From Ignavibacteriota bacterium (lineage in GTDB: Bacteria > Bacteroidota > Ignavibacteria > UBA10030), in assembly GCA_963701295.1 (NCBI GenBank), contig OY969585.1, positions 2,720,001-2,784,000 of the forward strand: DNA of 64,000 nt, in the 5' to 3' direction. Positions 1 through 9,727 of this stretch are shown here, one piece after another. A program made the position numbers and the translations under genes. The notes beneath the pieces are model-generated. The model saw nothing but the letters and a program-made list of their open reading frames with translations, had not been told where the DNA came from and did no database searches. How positions within the stretch are numbered: position 1 is the stretch's first letter; every line of letters begins with the position of its first letter.

Positions 1-318
1 GCAGATCGTGGCATATTTATCATTTTCTGTCTGACAAACTGTGCAAAGAATCATAGGATTCAACACTTATATTCTACTTTTTATCTATATCGAAGTTAGG
101 AAGATTGTGCCACGGAAGCAACGCTTTTTTGAAAAGGATCGGAAGAAATTTTTCCCATCAAAGGATGCGAACAAATTTTCACATCGTCAGTTCCTTCTGA
201 ATAGAATCATTCGCAGACAATTGCTTGGCTGGAATATTTTATGGGTTGTGAACTTGATTGGCTCTGCAAATTTAATCTTGAATGGTGTAATAATCGTCTT
301 TTCGAAAAATCCTTTTCC

Positions 319-780
319 TCAGTTCTTTACCTTAAGCTCCCGAAGAAGACGCATAATTGGTCCCCAAGATTTATCAGTAAGGAGGTGATGATTCAAACGG
401 CCTCGAATAAATCCATTTTTATCAATCACATATGTAATTTTCCGTAAACCAAGTCCACGTAGCCAAAATGCATGATAGTTTCTGCACACTTCCAGAGTCG
501 GGTCAGAAGCGATTGGAAGAGTAAAGTTGTACAGCGCTAAAAGGTTTCGCAATTCATCAATATTCTTTGGACTGATCGTTACAACAATAGCGCCAAGCGT
601 TTGTGCTTTTTGGAGATGCTGGAGAAAAATATATGTGTCTTGTGTTTCAGCGTTTGAAAGACCATCAGGAAAGAAAGAAATTACTACATTACTCTTGCCA
701 TATAAATCTCGCAACCGAAATATTTCTCCGGTATTGAGCCTCAGTCTAAAATCTGGAGCTTTTGATCCAATAGCTAACAT
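319..780 (-). CDS. Peroxiredoxin (BCP/AhpC-TSA fold)-like protein lacking the peroxidatic Cys
   Basis: IGSKAPDF, VVISFFP, FTLPIASDP and TYVIDKNG match the BCP scaffold; PxxxT/SxxC reads PDGLSNAE. Confidence 0.8.
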   Translation of the reverse strand: MLAIGSKAPDFRLRLNTGEIFRLRDLYGKSNVVISFFPDGLSNAETQDTYIFLQHLQKAQTLGAIVVTISPKNIDELRNLLALYNFTLPIASDPTLEVCRNYHAFWLRGLGLRKITYVIDKNGFIRGRLNHHLLTDKSWGPIMRLLRELKVKN

Positions 781-812
781 CGTAGTTTATAAGTAGAATG
801 AATAATAAAAAT

Positions 813-1337
813 CTACTCTCTATCATATATAATCAACGAATAAACATCTTGCTCTTGCATGAGTTTCCTCCCTTGAAGGAAGGAGAGTTCAATGAGAAAG
901 GATACTCCGACAATCTTTGCTTGAAGTTTTTCAACAAGCTTGATAGCAGCACACATCGTACCTCCTGTTGCTAACAAGTCATCGTGCAATAAAACACGCT
1001 CGCCTGGCTGGATGGCATCAACATGCATTTCAACGGAATCAGTTCCGTATTCTAAAGCGTATCGCTCTGTGATAACCTCAGCTGGAAGTTTTCCTTTCTT
1101 TCGTACCGGAACAAAACCCGCCCCTAAATTAACTGCCAATGCTGATCCTATGATAAAACCGCGAGATTCAATACAGACAACCTTGTCAATTTTTGAGTTG
1201 CGATATTTTTCGGAGAAAAGATCTACAGCTTTTTTTAACGCATCAGCGTTTTTCAAAAGCGTTGTAATATCACGAAAGACTATTCCCCTTCTCGGGAAGT
1301 CTGGAATACTGCGAATTGAGTCAGAAAGTTGATTCAT
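813..1337 (-). CDS. apt: Adenine phosphoribosyltransferase
   Basis: IPDFP..GIVFRDITTLL, ESRGF, RKKGKLP, LEYGTD, DDLLATGGT; start moved to ATG at 1337. Confidence 0.97.
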   Translation of the reverse strand: MNQLSDSIRSIPDFPRRGIVFRDITTLLKNADALKKAVDLFSEKYRNSKIDKVVCIESRGFIIGSALAVNLGAGFVPVRKKGKLPAEVITERYALEYGTDSVEMHVDAIQPGERVLLHDDLLATGGTMCAAIKLVEKLQAKIVGVSFLIELSFLQGRKLMQEQDVYSLIIYDRE

Positions 1338-1354
1338 AGTCTCCAAAAAATGAA

Positions 1355-2137
1355 TTACCAATTAAAAGGTTTCGAATTTAAAAAAGCGTCAATACCTTTT
1401 TTACAATCATCGGTCATCCGAGTTAATGCATTGAGATGGGAGGCATATTCCAGTGCATCACTTGTTGCCATTCCATGCACACGAGCAAGTAATTCTTTGA
1501 TTAATCCCATAGAAGTGCCGCTATTACTGGTGATCAGGTCATTTGCAAGTTGTGCGCCTATTTTTTCCAATTCAATAGCTGGAACAACTTGGCTGATTAA
1601 TCCAAGATCAAAGGCCTCTTCAGCATTTATGATATTGCCTTGAAGTGCAAGTTCACGTGCACGGCCTTCACCAATACGACGCACTAAAAAGATCAATACA
1701 ATTGCCGGAATAAAACCAATTTGCGCTTCTGTATATCCGAATTTAGCAGTCTCACGGGCCGCTAGTATAAAATCGCATACAGTTGCCAGTCCACACCCTC
1801 CTGCAAGCGCGGTTCCTTGAACAAGAGCAATGACCGGTTTTCTTAATGTATAGATCTGTTGAAATAACTTCATGAGGTTTGTGGAATCCTGCAAATTCTG
1901 GCTGAAGTCATATTTTGAAATGCGTTGAAGATGTGATGGGTCAACACCTGAACAGAAGGAATCGCCTTCTGCACGCAGTATGACTGCATGAACTTGTGTG
2001 TCTCGTTGAGCCTGTATAAAAGCCTGTATCAGTTCAGATACCATCTGATCGTCAAGCGCATTATTTTTCTCGGGCCAGTTGAGTGTGATACAAGCAACTC
2101 GCTTTTGGACAGAGTATGTAACACGATAGAATTCCAA
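1355..2137 (-). CDS. Enoyl-CoA hydratase/isomerase family, methylglutaconyl-CoA hydratase-like
   Basis: LNWPEKNNAL, FCSGVD, AGGCGL, FGYTEAQIGFIP; TTG start at 2137 after AGGAGA. Confidence 0.88.
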   Translation of the reverse strand: MEFYRVTYSVQKRVACITLNWPEKNNALDDQMVSELIQAFIQAQRDTQVHAVILRAEGDSFCSGVDPSHLQRISKYDFSQNLQDSTNLMKLFQQIYTLRKPVIALVQGTALAGGCGLATVCDFILAARETAKFGYTEAQIGFIPAIVLIFLVRRIGEGRARELALQGNIINAEEAFDLGLISQVVPAIELEKIGAQLANDLITSNSGTSMGLIKELLARVHGMATSDALEYASHLNALTRMTDDCKKGIDAFLNSKPFNW

Positions 2138-2245
2138 TTGTCTCCTAGAATGCGTTGTGAAAGTAGCAAGAAGCGGACAGAAAAGCAAGGTTACAAATCA
2201 CAAAAATAGAACTTTGTCATATCTCAAAAGCAATCATTGGAGTGT

Positions 2246-2707
2246 TTATTTATTTGCTGTTATTTTTATATAGGTAGATTCTTTATGGGTTGAGAGTACA
2301 AGATTGGTTGAAGTTTTTTGTACTCCCTGCCAAGATTGAATTTTTGCCAATAATTTTTCCAATCCTTCTGTATTCTCTGTCCGCACCTTTAGCAAATGTG
2401 TGCCGTCTCCAGTAATCGCGTGACATTCCTGGATATCATCTGATTTGAGAATATGCTCGAGAAAGCCCGGGAAATGTTTTGAAGAATCAACCGTCACAAC
2501 AACAAATGCTGTGATATCTATTCCAAGTCTTTTGTGATCAAGACGTGTATAGTATCCCTGGACAATTCCTTCCTCTTCCAGTTTTCGTAATCGTTCGCTT
2601 ACGGCAGGAAGAGACAATCCGACTTTTTCTGCTAATTCGTTACGCTTCGTTCTGCCTTCTTGTTGCAGGATACTGAGCAATTCACAGTCTATTTTATCGA
2701 GCATCAT
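2246..2707 (-). CDS. Lrp/AsnC family transcriptional regulator
   Basis: LDKID..L..LQ.EGR, ELAEKVGLS..AV.ERLRKLE HTH; ECHAITGD RAM domain. Confidence 0.95.
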   Translation of the reverse strand: MMLDKIDCELLSILQQEGRTKRNELAEKVGLSLPAVSERLRKLEEEGIVQGYYTRLDHKRLGIDITAFVVVTVDSSKHFPGFLEHILKSDDIQECHAITGDGTHLLKVRTENTEGLEKLLAKIQSWQGVQKTSTNLVLSTHKESTYIKITANK

Positions 2708-2929
2708 GATTCATACCCTTCTTTCCTAAGGCATTCCTTAACTAAGACGATAATATATTAATAGCGGTCAAAAATTGACTTAGATATATTATAATTTACG
2801 TGAATAAGATGCAAGTGGCAATTCAAGAAACATAAAGATAGTGAGCACTTTGGGGTTAGGCAAAGCAGCCCTACTTTCTGATCGGTTGGAATGTTATAGG
2901 AAAAGATATGTTAAATTATGGAAATCAAT

Positions 2930-3598
2930 TTATTGCTGAGTCCTTTTCTTTGTTGCCGTTCGAAGTGATGAAATACCTGCTTGGATGGAATCTGCCTCAA
3001 AAATCGATGTTCCAGCAACAAGAACATTTGCCCCTACATCGATAACGTCTGCTGCTGTGTTTGGATCTATCCCTCCATCTACCTCCAAAAAAATTTCTTT
3101 TTTTGATAGGTTTATTATTTCTCGTATTTCTTGAATTTTTTCAAGAGAGTTCTGAATAAATTGCTGAGCACCAAAACCAGGTTCAACGGTCATTATAAGA
3201 ACAAGATCAATCAGTTTGACGATATTTTTAATAGTAGCGACCGGAGTCGCGGGATTGAGCGCAACTCCGGCTTTACTGCCGCTTTCTTTTATTGCGAGGA
3301 TCGTTCGGTACAAGTGCAAACACGACTCTTGATGTACCGTGATAATATCTGCACCTGCAGCACGAAAAGAACCAATAAATTTGTCCGCATCTTCAACCAT
3401 TAAATGTACATCTAACGGGAGTTTTGTATATTTCCGAATGGAACGAATAAGAGGTGGACCGAATGTGATATTAGGAACAAAATGTCCATCCATCACATCA
3501 AGATGAATCCAATCAGCCCCACCTTGTTCAACCTCAAAAATTTCTTTTGCAAGGTGACCAAAATCTGCGGCGAGTAATGAAGGTGCAATTCTTATCAT
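2930..3598 (-). CDS. rpe: Ribulose-phosphate 3-epimerase
   Basis: IAPSLLAADF, HLDVMDGHFVPNITFG, DVHLMV, EVDGG. Confidence 0.97.
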   Translation of the reverse strand: MIRIAPSLLAADFGHLAKEIFEVEQGGADWIHLDVMDGHFVPNITFGPPLIRSIRKYTKLPLDVHLMVEDADKFIGSFRAAGADIITVHQESCLHLYRTILAIKESGSKAGVALNPATPVATIKNIVKLIDLVLIMTVEPGFGAQQFIQNSLEKIQEIREIINLSKKEIFLEVDGGIDPNTAADVIDVGANVLVAGTSIFEADSIQAGISSLRTATKKRTQQ

Positions 3599-3602
3599 TC
3601 GT

Positions 3603-4364
3603 TCAATTCTCTGATTTCGTTTTCAATTCTGTTTTCTGTGCTACAAGAAGATCAATCACTGTTCCCAATTGCATAAGTACACCTGCATGAGGATTCTGTT
3701 CAAGAATCGTGTTTGGAAGTAAATCCAGGTTTATCTGGTATGTTATTTTACCAATTCGGAAACCTGTATTAGTGAGAACTTTTTCAGCTTCAATGAGAGT
3801 CTTTGATGAAACATCAGGCACTAAACGCAAGTCTGTCGATCGGCCTTGACTGACTATTATGTCAATTTGACTTCCACTTGTCACTTTTTTATTTGGCTGA
3901 ATTTCTTGCCGGATTATTGTATTGGGAAAGATATCTTCTGATGGTTCATAGGATATAGACCCAAGTTTAAGACCACATCGTTCGAGATTAAAAGCTGCTT
4001 CACGAATAGATTTGCCCCTTAAATTTGGAACATCAACGAGTTCTTCCCCACCACTAATGGTTAAATAAATACCTCTTCCATATTTTACTTTTGATTCAGC
4101 ATTGGGGTTTTGCACGATCACAGTGCCTATTTTATAACGTTTATCGGTTTTATACTCTGCTTCTTTGGGTTCAAGACCTATATCAAGAAGCTTTTTCTTC
4201 GCTTCTCCAATCGGTAGACCTATGACATCAGGTACTGTTGTTGTCTTTCCTCTTTGCACATAAAACGGCATAATGAAACTGTCTATGAGAACAATGAGAA
4301 TAAAGCAACTAACAACAATAATACCAAGAGGTTTTATTATTTTCTTAAGTTTCGTCGTTTTCAC
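3603..4364 (-). CDS. Membrane-anchored protein with three PASTA domains
   Basis: N-terminal TM segment, then repeats starting VPDVIG / VPNLRG / VPDVS with QNP..G motifs. Confidence 0.92.
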   Translation of the reverse strand: MKTTKLKKIIKPLGIIVVSCFILIVLIDSFIMPFYVQRGKTTTVPDVIGLPIGEAKKKLLDIGLEPKEAEYKTDKRYKIGTVIVQNPNAESKVKYGRGIYLTISGGEELVDVPNLRGKSIREAAFNLERCGLKLGSISYEPSEDIFPNTIIRQEIQPNKKVTSGSQIDIIVSQGRSTDLRLVPDVSSKTLIEAEKVLTNTGFRIGKITYQINLDLLPNTILEQNPHAGVLMQLGTVIDLLVAQKTELKTKSEN

Positions 4365-4700
4365 ATATCGATCAATATTATTATGTCAAATATAAAGATT
4401 AATGGACTAAATTACAATGAACTTCCCCTTCTTGATTTTTTTAGGTTTGCCAATAACATGTAAAATGTAAAAATTGAATGGTATCTCAGTTGTTGGGAAA
4501 GTAACATTTCCTGTAGAAATTGATTCAAGATGACACAAATCTCAACATTGCACATGGATGTATTCATAAACTATAAAAAGGATTGCATGCGGCAGAATCG
4601 GAAATGCAATTCTTTTGGTTGCAACTTCCATATAGAATTATCTTCTTGTATATTGTGGTTAATCTTTTTAGAATAAGTCTTTTATGTCCATCATGCAACA

Positions 4701-4729
4701 TTGCTTCTCATTCTAATCTTCTCTATATT
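4701..4729 (+). promoter_or_regulatory. Putative sigma70-type promoter of the cdd operon
   Basis: TTGCTT-17 bp-TATATT, 45 bp upstream of the cdd ATG; same pattern upstream of rimP. Confidence 0.55.
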
Positions 4730-4774
4730 TTTTCACAATTCTCGACAAAAATATAGTCTTCTATTGATAATACA

Positions 4775-5182
4775 ATGAAAAAAGAATATCGAGAACTTGC
4801 AGAAGCGGCTCAAAAAGCAAAACTCAATGCATATGCGCCTTTTTCGAAGTTTGGAGTCGGCGCTGCTCTTCTTACTGCTGATGATCAGATTTTCACAGGA
4901 TGCAATATTGAAAACAGCTCGTATGGCTTAACTATGTGCGCTGAACGTGTAGCAATCTTTAAGGCAATTTCTCAAGGTGCTTCGGAATTCAAGGCAATTG
5001 CACTTGTCTCAGATGATTCTGGTTTCACATTGCCTTGTGGTGCTTGCCGACAAGTATTATCCGACCTCACTGGTAATATCGATTTTGTTATGACGAATAG
5101 AAAAAAGCAATTCAAAATTATCAAACTTAACTCTCTTCTCCCCTTTGCTTTTACCAGAATTAACTTAAAGCAATCACCATAA
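4775..5182 (+). CDS. cdd: Cytidine deaminase (homotetrameric type)
   Basis: AYAPFSKFGVGAALL, GCNIENSSYGLTMCAER, PCGACRQ. Confidence 0.96.
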   Translation: MKKEYRELAEAAQKAKLNAYAPFSKFGVGAALLTADDQIFTGCNIENSSYGLTMCAERVAIFKAISQGASEFKAIALVSDDSGFTLPCGACRQVLSDLTGNIDFVMTNRKKQFKIIKLNSLLPFAFTRINLKQSP

Positions 5183-5196
5183 ACTATTTTTTATAA

Positions 5197-5771
5197 ATGG
5201 ATATCTCAGCTCTACATAATGCTCCACGCAACACTGGCTCGATTGAAGTTGTTTGTGGTTGTATGTTTAGTGGAAAAACGGAAGAACTCATTCGTCGGCT
5301 ACGACGGGCACAAATTGCCAAACGGAAGTTGGCAATCTTTAAGCCAAAAATCGACACTTGATGCAGTGCGGAATATATCACAAACCATAGTGAACAATTG
5401 CTCGTTGCTCAAGTTGTGGAAAATGCGGTGAAATTTTGAATGTTGCAAATGACGCTTAAGTCGTAGGGATTGACGAAGGACAATTCTTTAAAGTAAAAAT
5501 TGTTGACCTATGCGATCATTTAGCCAATCAAGGAAAGCGAGTTATCGTTGCAGGTCTCGATCAAGATTATACTGAAAAACCCTTTGAACCAATACCACAA
5601 CTCCTTGCTATAAAAGAATATATAACCAAGACCTTAGCAATTTGTGTAGTATGTGGAAATCCCGCTGATCGGACACAGCGTATAGTCAATCAACACGAAA
5701 GAGTTATCGTTGGTGCAAGTGATATCTATGAAGCAAGGTGTCGATATTGTCATGAACCTCTTCAAGAATGA
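5197..5771 (+). pseudogene. tdk: Thymidine kinase pseudogene (two nonsense codons and one frameshift)
   Basis: Hand translation: [26 protein letters not shown](TGA 5359)..frameshift near 5428..DA*(TAA 5457)[33 protein letters not shown]. Confidence 0.93.
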
Positions 5772-5789
5772 TTTGAGCTATTTCATTCA

Positions 5790-6638
5790 ATGACTGAATC
5801 TGTTTTGTTAAAAAAAAAAGAAGTCCTTGAAGCAATAAATTTCATTCGACAAGTTACCAATTTCCGACCTCGACTTGCATTGATTCTTGGGTCAGGTCTT
5901 AGTAATTTTATCGACAGAATCAACGCAATATCTACGATATGTTTTTCTGAAATCCCATATTATCCAGTTTCATCGGTTCAAAGTCATGCTGGAAAACTTA
6001 TTTTTGGATATTTGCAAAAAGACAACCTTCACTCAATGCCTTTACTTGTCTTTCAAGGTCGTGTTCATTTTTATGAGAGTGGGTCTATTGAACGAGTTGT
6101 TTTTCCAATAGCCTTCTCCCATCAACTCGGCATCAAGAAACTTATTATTACAAATGCAGCAGGTGGCATTAACAGTTGTTTCAATTCGGGTGATCTTATG
6201 CTAATTCAGGACATCCTTAATCTTGCAGTTATTCAGCTTCCCACAACACAAAACGTTTCAGTCTTGCCGAATCATAAATATCCAAATTATTTTGATATAG
6301 AAATGAAGCATAAAGTACTCCAATGTGCTTCACAAATCAAAATGCCATTGCAGCAAGGTACATACGGCTGGCTCAAGGGACCTTCCTATGAGACGCCAGC
6401 GGAGATCCAGATGCTCAAACGAATCGGTGTTGATGCAGTCGGTATGTCGACTGTTCCTGAAATATTTCTTGCACGCAGTCTAGGTATAAAAACCATTGGT
6501 ATTTCGCTCATTTCAAATTTAGCAGCTGGAATTTCTTCGGTAAAAATTTCTCATGCAGATGTAATGGAAATAGGGACTAAAGTAACCGGGCGTTTTTCCG
6601 AACTCATGGAGCAGCTTATTCTTTCTCTTAAGCAATAA
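5790..6638 (+). CDS. punA: Purine-nucleoside phosphorylase (trimeric, PNP I type)
   Basis: ILGSGL, HAGKL, QGRVHFYE, TNAAGG, GPSYETPAE, GMSTVPE. Confidence 0.93.
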   Translation: MTESVLLKKKEVLEAINFIRQVTNFRPRLALILGSGLSNFIDRINAISTICFSEIPYYPVSSVQSHAGKLIFGYLQKDNLHSMPLLVFQGRVHFYESGSIERVVFPIAFSHQLGIKKLIITNAAGGINSCFNSGDLMLIQDILNLAVIQLPTTQNVSVLPNHKYPNYFDIEMKHKVLQCASQIKMPLQQGTYGWLKGPSYETPAEIQMLKRIGVDAVGMSTVPEIFLARSLGIKTIGISLISNLAAGISSVKISHADVMEIGTKVTGRFSELMEQLILSLKQ

Positions 6639-6668
6639 TATGATTATAATACTCACACTTTTTCGAAC

Positions 6669-8318
6669 ATGCCTATGAACTATATCTCTTATAATGAACT
6701 TCAATCCGACGAAACAGGTTTCTCTCGCCTGTTTGTTGACTATGTGAATAACTATCCTCGTGTCAAAGATTTTTTTGTCGGTGATTTTCGTGATGAGAAA
6801 CGTTGGCGATTGAGCCTTGAGACAGTCTCACATCGAACAATTGACAGATCATCACTTGTTCAGGTTCTTTTAAATCAGAACCGTGATTATCATTGCGGTG
6901 TCAAGACCTTAGCGAACATCGACCTTCTTCTTAACGAGAACACAGTCGCAATCATTACTGGTCAACAGGTCGGCCTTTTCAGCGGACCACTTTATGCGCT
7001 TTACAAGACACTTACTGCACTTAAGCTTGCTGAGCGTCTCACTCAGCAATATCCTGATTATAACTTTGTTCCTGTTTTTTGGTTGGAAGGTGAAGATCAT
7101 GATATCGAAGAAGTATCCTCTTTCACACTTTTGAATTCTTCAAACGAACTTCTTCGTCTCCACTATCAATATGAAGATAAGACAGGTGGAAAAAATATCG
7201 GCGCTGTCGGTGAATTGTATTTTGATGATTCGATTGTAACATTATTCGACAGTCTTCGCCAAGCGCTGCTGCCGACAGAATTTTCTCCAAAGGTAATCGA
7301 GTTGTTCGAAACAGCATATCAGAAAGGAATGACATTTAGCCGAGCATTTATTCATCTCTTCAGTGTTTTACTTGAAGATTCGGGATTGATATTTTTCGAT
7401 CCACATAATTTAGCAACAAAGAAAATTCTCACTCCAATATTTGAGCAAGAACTAAAAAATGTTTCCCGCACATGCCAATTTGTCGTTGCTCAAAGTGAGC
7501 TTGTGGAACAACAATATCATGCTCAGGTGAAACCTCGATCCGTTAATCTTTTTATGTTTCATAATGGCGGTAGATATGCTTTAGAGCCTCATCCCGAAGG
7601 ATTTTCTCTCAAAGGTACACGGAAAACATTTTCAGTAGATGAGGTAATTGGCTTTTTGCACACTGATCCGAATTTGTTTAGTCCCAATGTTGTTCTGCGG
7701 CCAATCTGCCAGGATTACCTTTTTCCAACATTGGCATATGTTGCAGGTCCATCCGAAGTTGCCTATTTCGCTCAGTTTAAGTTACTCTATGAACACTTTG
7801 GTATTTCTGAGCCAATTATCTACCCACGAGCTAGTGCGACCATCGTAGAAGAACGAATTCGGAAAGTGATCGAAAAATTTGCTCTTCGAATCGAAGATTT
7901 CTTTGGCGACATTGATCTTTTGAAGGGAAGAGTTGCAAATACGATCTCTGATTTCAAAGTGGAAGAATTGTTTTCAAATACATTCGGGACTGTATCAGAA
8001 AGCCTGACAAGTTTAAAAGGTGGTTTAGAATCGATAGACCCGACGCTCGTTCCTGTGTTGGAAAACACTCTTACTCGAATGCAATCAGCTCTCAATACCC
8101 TAAAAGAAAAGACTATTGCTGCACAAAAAAGACAACACGATATATCTCTGAGACAATTGGACAAGGTATCAACAAATTTATTTCCTCATGCAAATTTACA
8201 GGAAAGGGAAATGAACCTTATCTATTATTTGAATAAATATGGGTTAGAATTTTTGCGCTGGCTTCGAGGTGAGCTTGTTATTGACAAGTTTATGCATCAA
8301 ATCATTAACATAGAATAA
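6669..8318 (+). CDS. bshC: Bacillithiol biosynthesis cysteine-adding enzyme
   Basis: TGQQVGLFSGPLY..YK, PVFWLEGEDHD, FSPNVVLRP, YVAGPSEVAYFAQ, LQER. Confidence 0.95.
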   Translation: MPMNYISYNELQSDETGFSRLFVDYVNNYPRVKDFFVGDFRDEKRWRLSLETVSHRTIDRSSLVQVLLNQNRDYHCGVKTLANIDLLLNENTVAIITGQQVGLFSGPLYALYKTLTALKLAERLTQQYPDYNFVPVFWLEGEDHDIEEVSSFTLLNSSNELLRLHYQYEDKTGGKNIGAVGELYFDDSIVTLFDSLRQALLPTEFSPKVIELFETAYQKGMTFSRAFIHLFSVLLEDSGLIFFDPHNLATKKILTPIFEQELKNVSRTCQFVVAQSELVEQQYHAQVKPRSVNLFMFHNGGRYALEPHPEGFSLKGTRKTFSVDEVIGFLHTDPNLFSPNVVLRPICQDYLFPTLAYVAGPSEVAYFAQFKLLYEHFGISEPIIYPRASATIVEERIRKVIEKFALRIEDFFGDIDLLKGRVANTISDFKVEELFSNTFGTVSESLTSLKGGLESIDPTLVPVLENTLTRMQSALNTLKEKTIAAQKRQHDISLRQLDKVSTNLFPHANLQEREMNLIYYLNKYGLEFLRWLRGELVIDKFMHQIINIE

Positions 8319-8374
8319 AAACAGCGTTACTATGTAGCGTGCTGTTACTCCACATTCGGTTATTTTCGGAATAT

Positions 8375-9658
8375 CTACACTTTTGCAGATGCCAATAATT
8401 CTTTCCAAAATCCCGGGAAAGAAATATCAACACATTCCGTATCCTGGATTGTAACATTTTGAATCCGAATGCCAGCGATACCGAACGCCATTGCAATTCG
8501 ATGATCACCGTAACTAGGAAGTATGCTGCCAGTATATTTCTTCCTGCCTTCAAATGAAAAACCATCTTCGTACTCTTCTACTTCACACCCAAGCAAACGT
8601 AAATTATTGACTATTGCCGATATTCTATCTGTCTCTTTCATCCGCAGTTCTCGTGCATCGCAAATTCGAAAACTCCCTTCAGCAAAAAGTGCAGTCACAG
8701 AAAGAATCGGGATCTCATCGATGAGATCGACAACTTCTGCACCGTGAAGTTCAAGATTACTTTTCAATTCTGAATATCGAACAATAAGATCACCAATCGG
8801 CTCGCCCTCAATTATTCTTTCATTTTCGATCTGAATGCTACCACCCATTGTCCTAAATATATCTAAGATGCGTCTGCGAGTTGGATTGAGTCCAATATTT
8901 GGAATCCTGAGATTTGATCCAGGTATAATTAATCCCGCTGAAAGTAAAAATGAAGCTGCCGATATATCTCCTGGAATAAAGAATCGCTTTCCTTCTATTT
9001 TCACATCAGAATGCACATCAACTACAAATGAACCATTTTCGTACTTTGTCTGAAGACCGAGCATACGCTCTGTATGATCTCTTGTCTGCGTTTTCTCAAG
9101 GATAGACGTAGTATCATCGGCATAAAGACCAGCAAAAATGAGAGAAGATTTGACTTGTGCACTCGGTATTGGAAGAGTATAATGAATTGCGTGAAGTTTA
9201 TCAACTGGTTCAACTTTTATCGGAGCTGTATTTTTATCGGTTCCATGAATGTGCGCACCCATAAGTCGGAGAGGGTCCATAATCCTTTTCATTGGTCGTT
9301 GAGAGAGCGATGAATCACCCACGATGACAGAAGAGAAACGCTGACCTGCAAGAATTCCGGAAAGCAAGCGCATCGTGGTTCCAGAATTTCCTGCATCTAA
9401 AGGTGCGGATGGCATTTGCAAACCACGTCGACCATTTCCATAGATGACTATTTGCTTGCCAAGGTCTTCGATTTTCAGGCCAAGCTGCCTGATGCAAGAT
9501 AGCGTGCTCATCGGATCGGCTGCGCGTGAACAGAAACTTATTTCTGAAACACCATTAGCAATAGCTCCGATCATAAGAGCACGATGAGAAATAGATTTAT
9601 CGCCAGGAACATGCCTTGTTCCTTGAAGATGAGTGATTTGCGGTATGGAAAGATTCAT
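8375..9658 (-). CDS. aroA: EPSP synthase
   Basis: PGDKSISHRA, GNSGTTMRL, SAQVKS, RDHTER, KETDRI, DHRIAM; ATG at 9658 follows GAGG. Confidence 0.97.
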   Translation of the reverse strand: MNLSIPQITHLQGTRHVPGDKSISHRALMIGAIANGVSEISFCSRAADPMSTLSCIRQLGLKIEDLGKQIVIYGNGRRGLQMPSAPLDAGNSGTTMRLLSGILAGQRFSSVIVGDSSLSQRPMKRIMDPLRLMGAHIHGTDKNTAPIKVEPVDKLHAIHYTLPIPSAQVKSSLIFAGLYADDTTSILEKTQTRDHTERMLGLQTKYENGSFVVDVHSDVKIEGKRFFIPGDISAASFLLSAGLIIPGSNLRIPNIGLNPTRRRILDIFRTMGGSIQIENERIIEGEPIGDLIVRYSELKSNLELHGAEVVDLIDEIPILSVTALFAEGSFRICDARELRMKETDRISAIVNNLRLLGCEVEEYEDGFSFEGRKKYTGSILPSYGDHRIAMAFGIAGIRIQNVTIQDTECVDISFPGFWKELLASAKV

Positions 9659-9727
9659 AATAATAATCCTCACACCGCGATTCTGTCTCTCGTGATGTAA
9701 GGATATGTATTCAATGAAGTTTAAAAA

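Noticed and set aside
41-447. Plus-strand ORFs 41-388 and 241-447
   Set aside because: No recognisable motifs and they overlap the Prx-like gene; a minus-strand gene may start near 14-23 but too little is visible
5359-5361. TGA in tdk as selenocysteine or recoded stop
   Set aside because: It replaces a conserved Arg, is accompanied by a TAA and a frameshift, and TGA is a normal stop elsewhere in the window
5184-5431. Short ORFs 5184-5381 and 5219-5431
   Set aside because: Alternative frames over the tdk pseudogene
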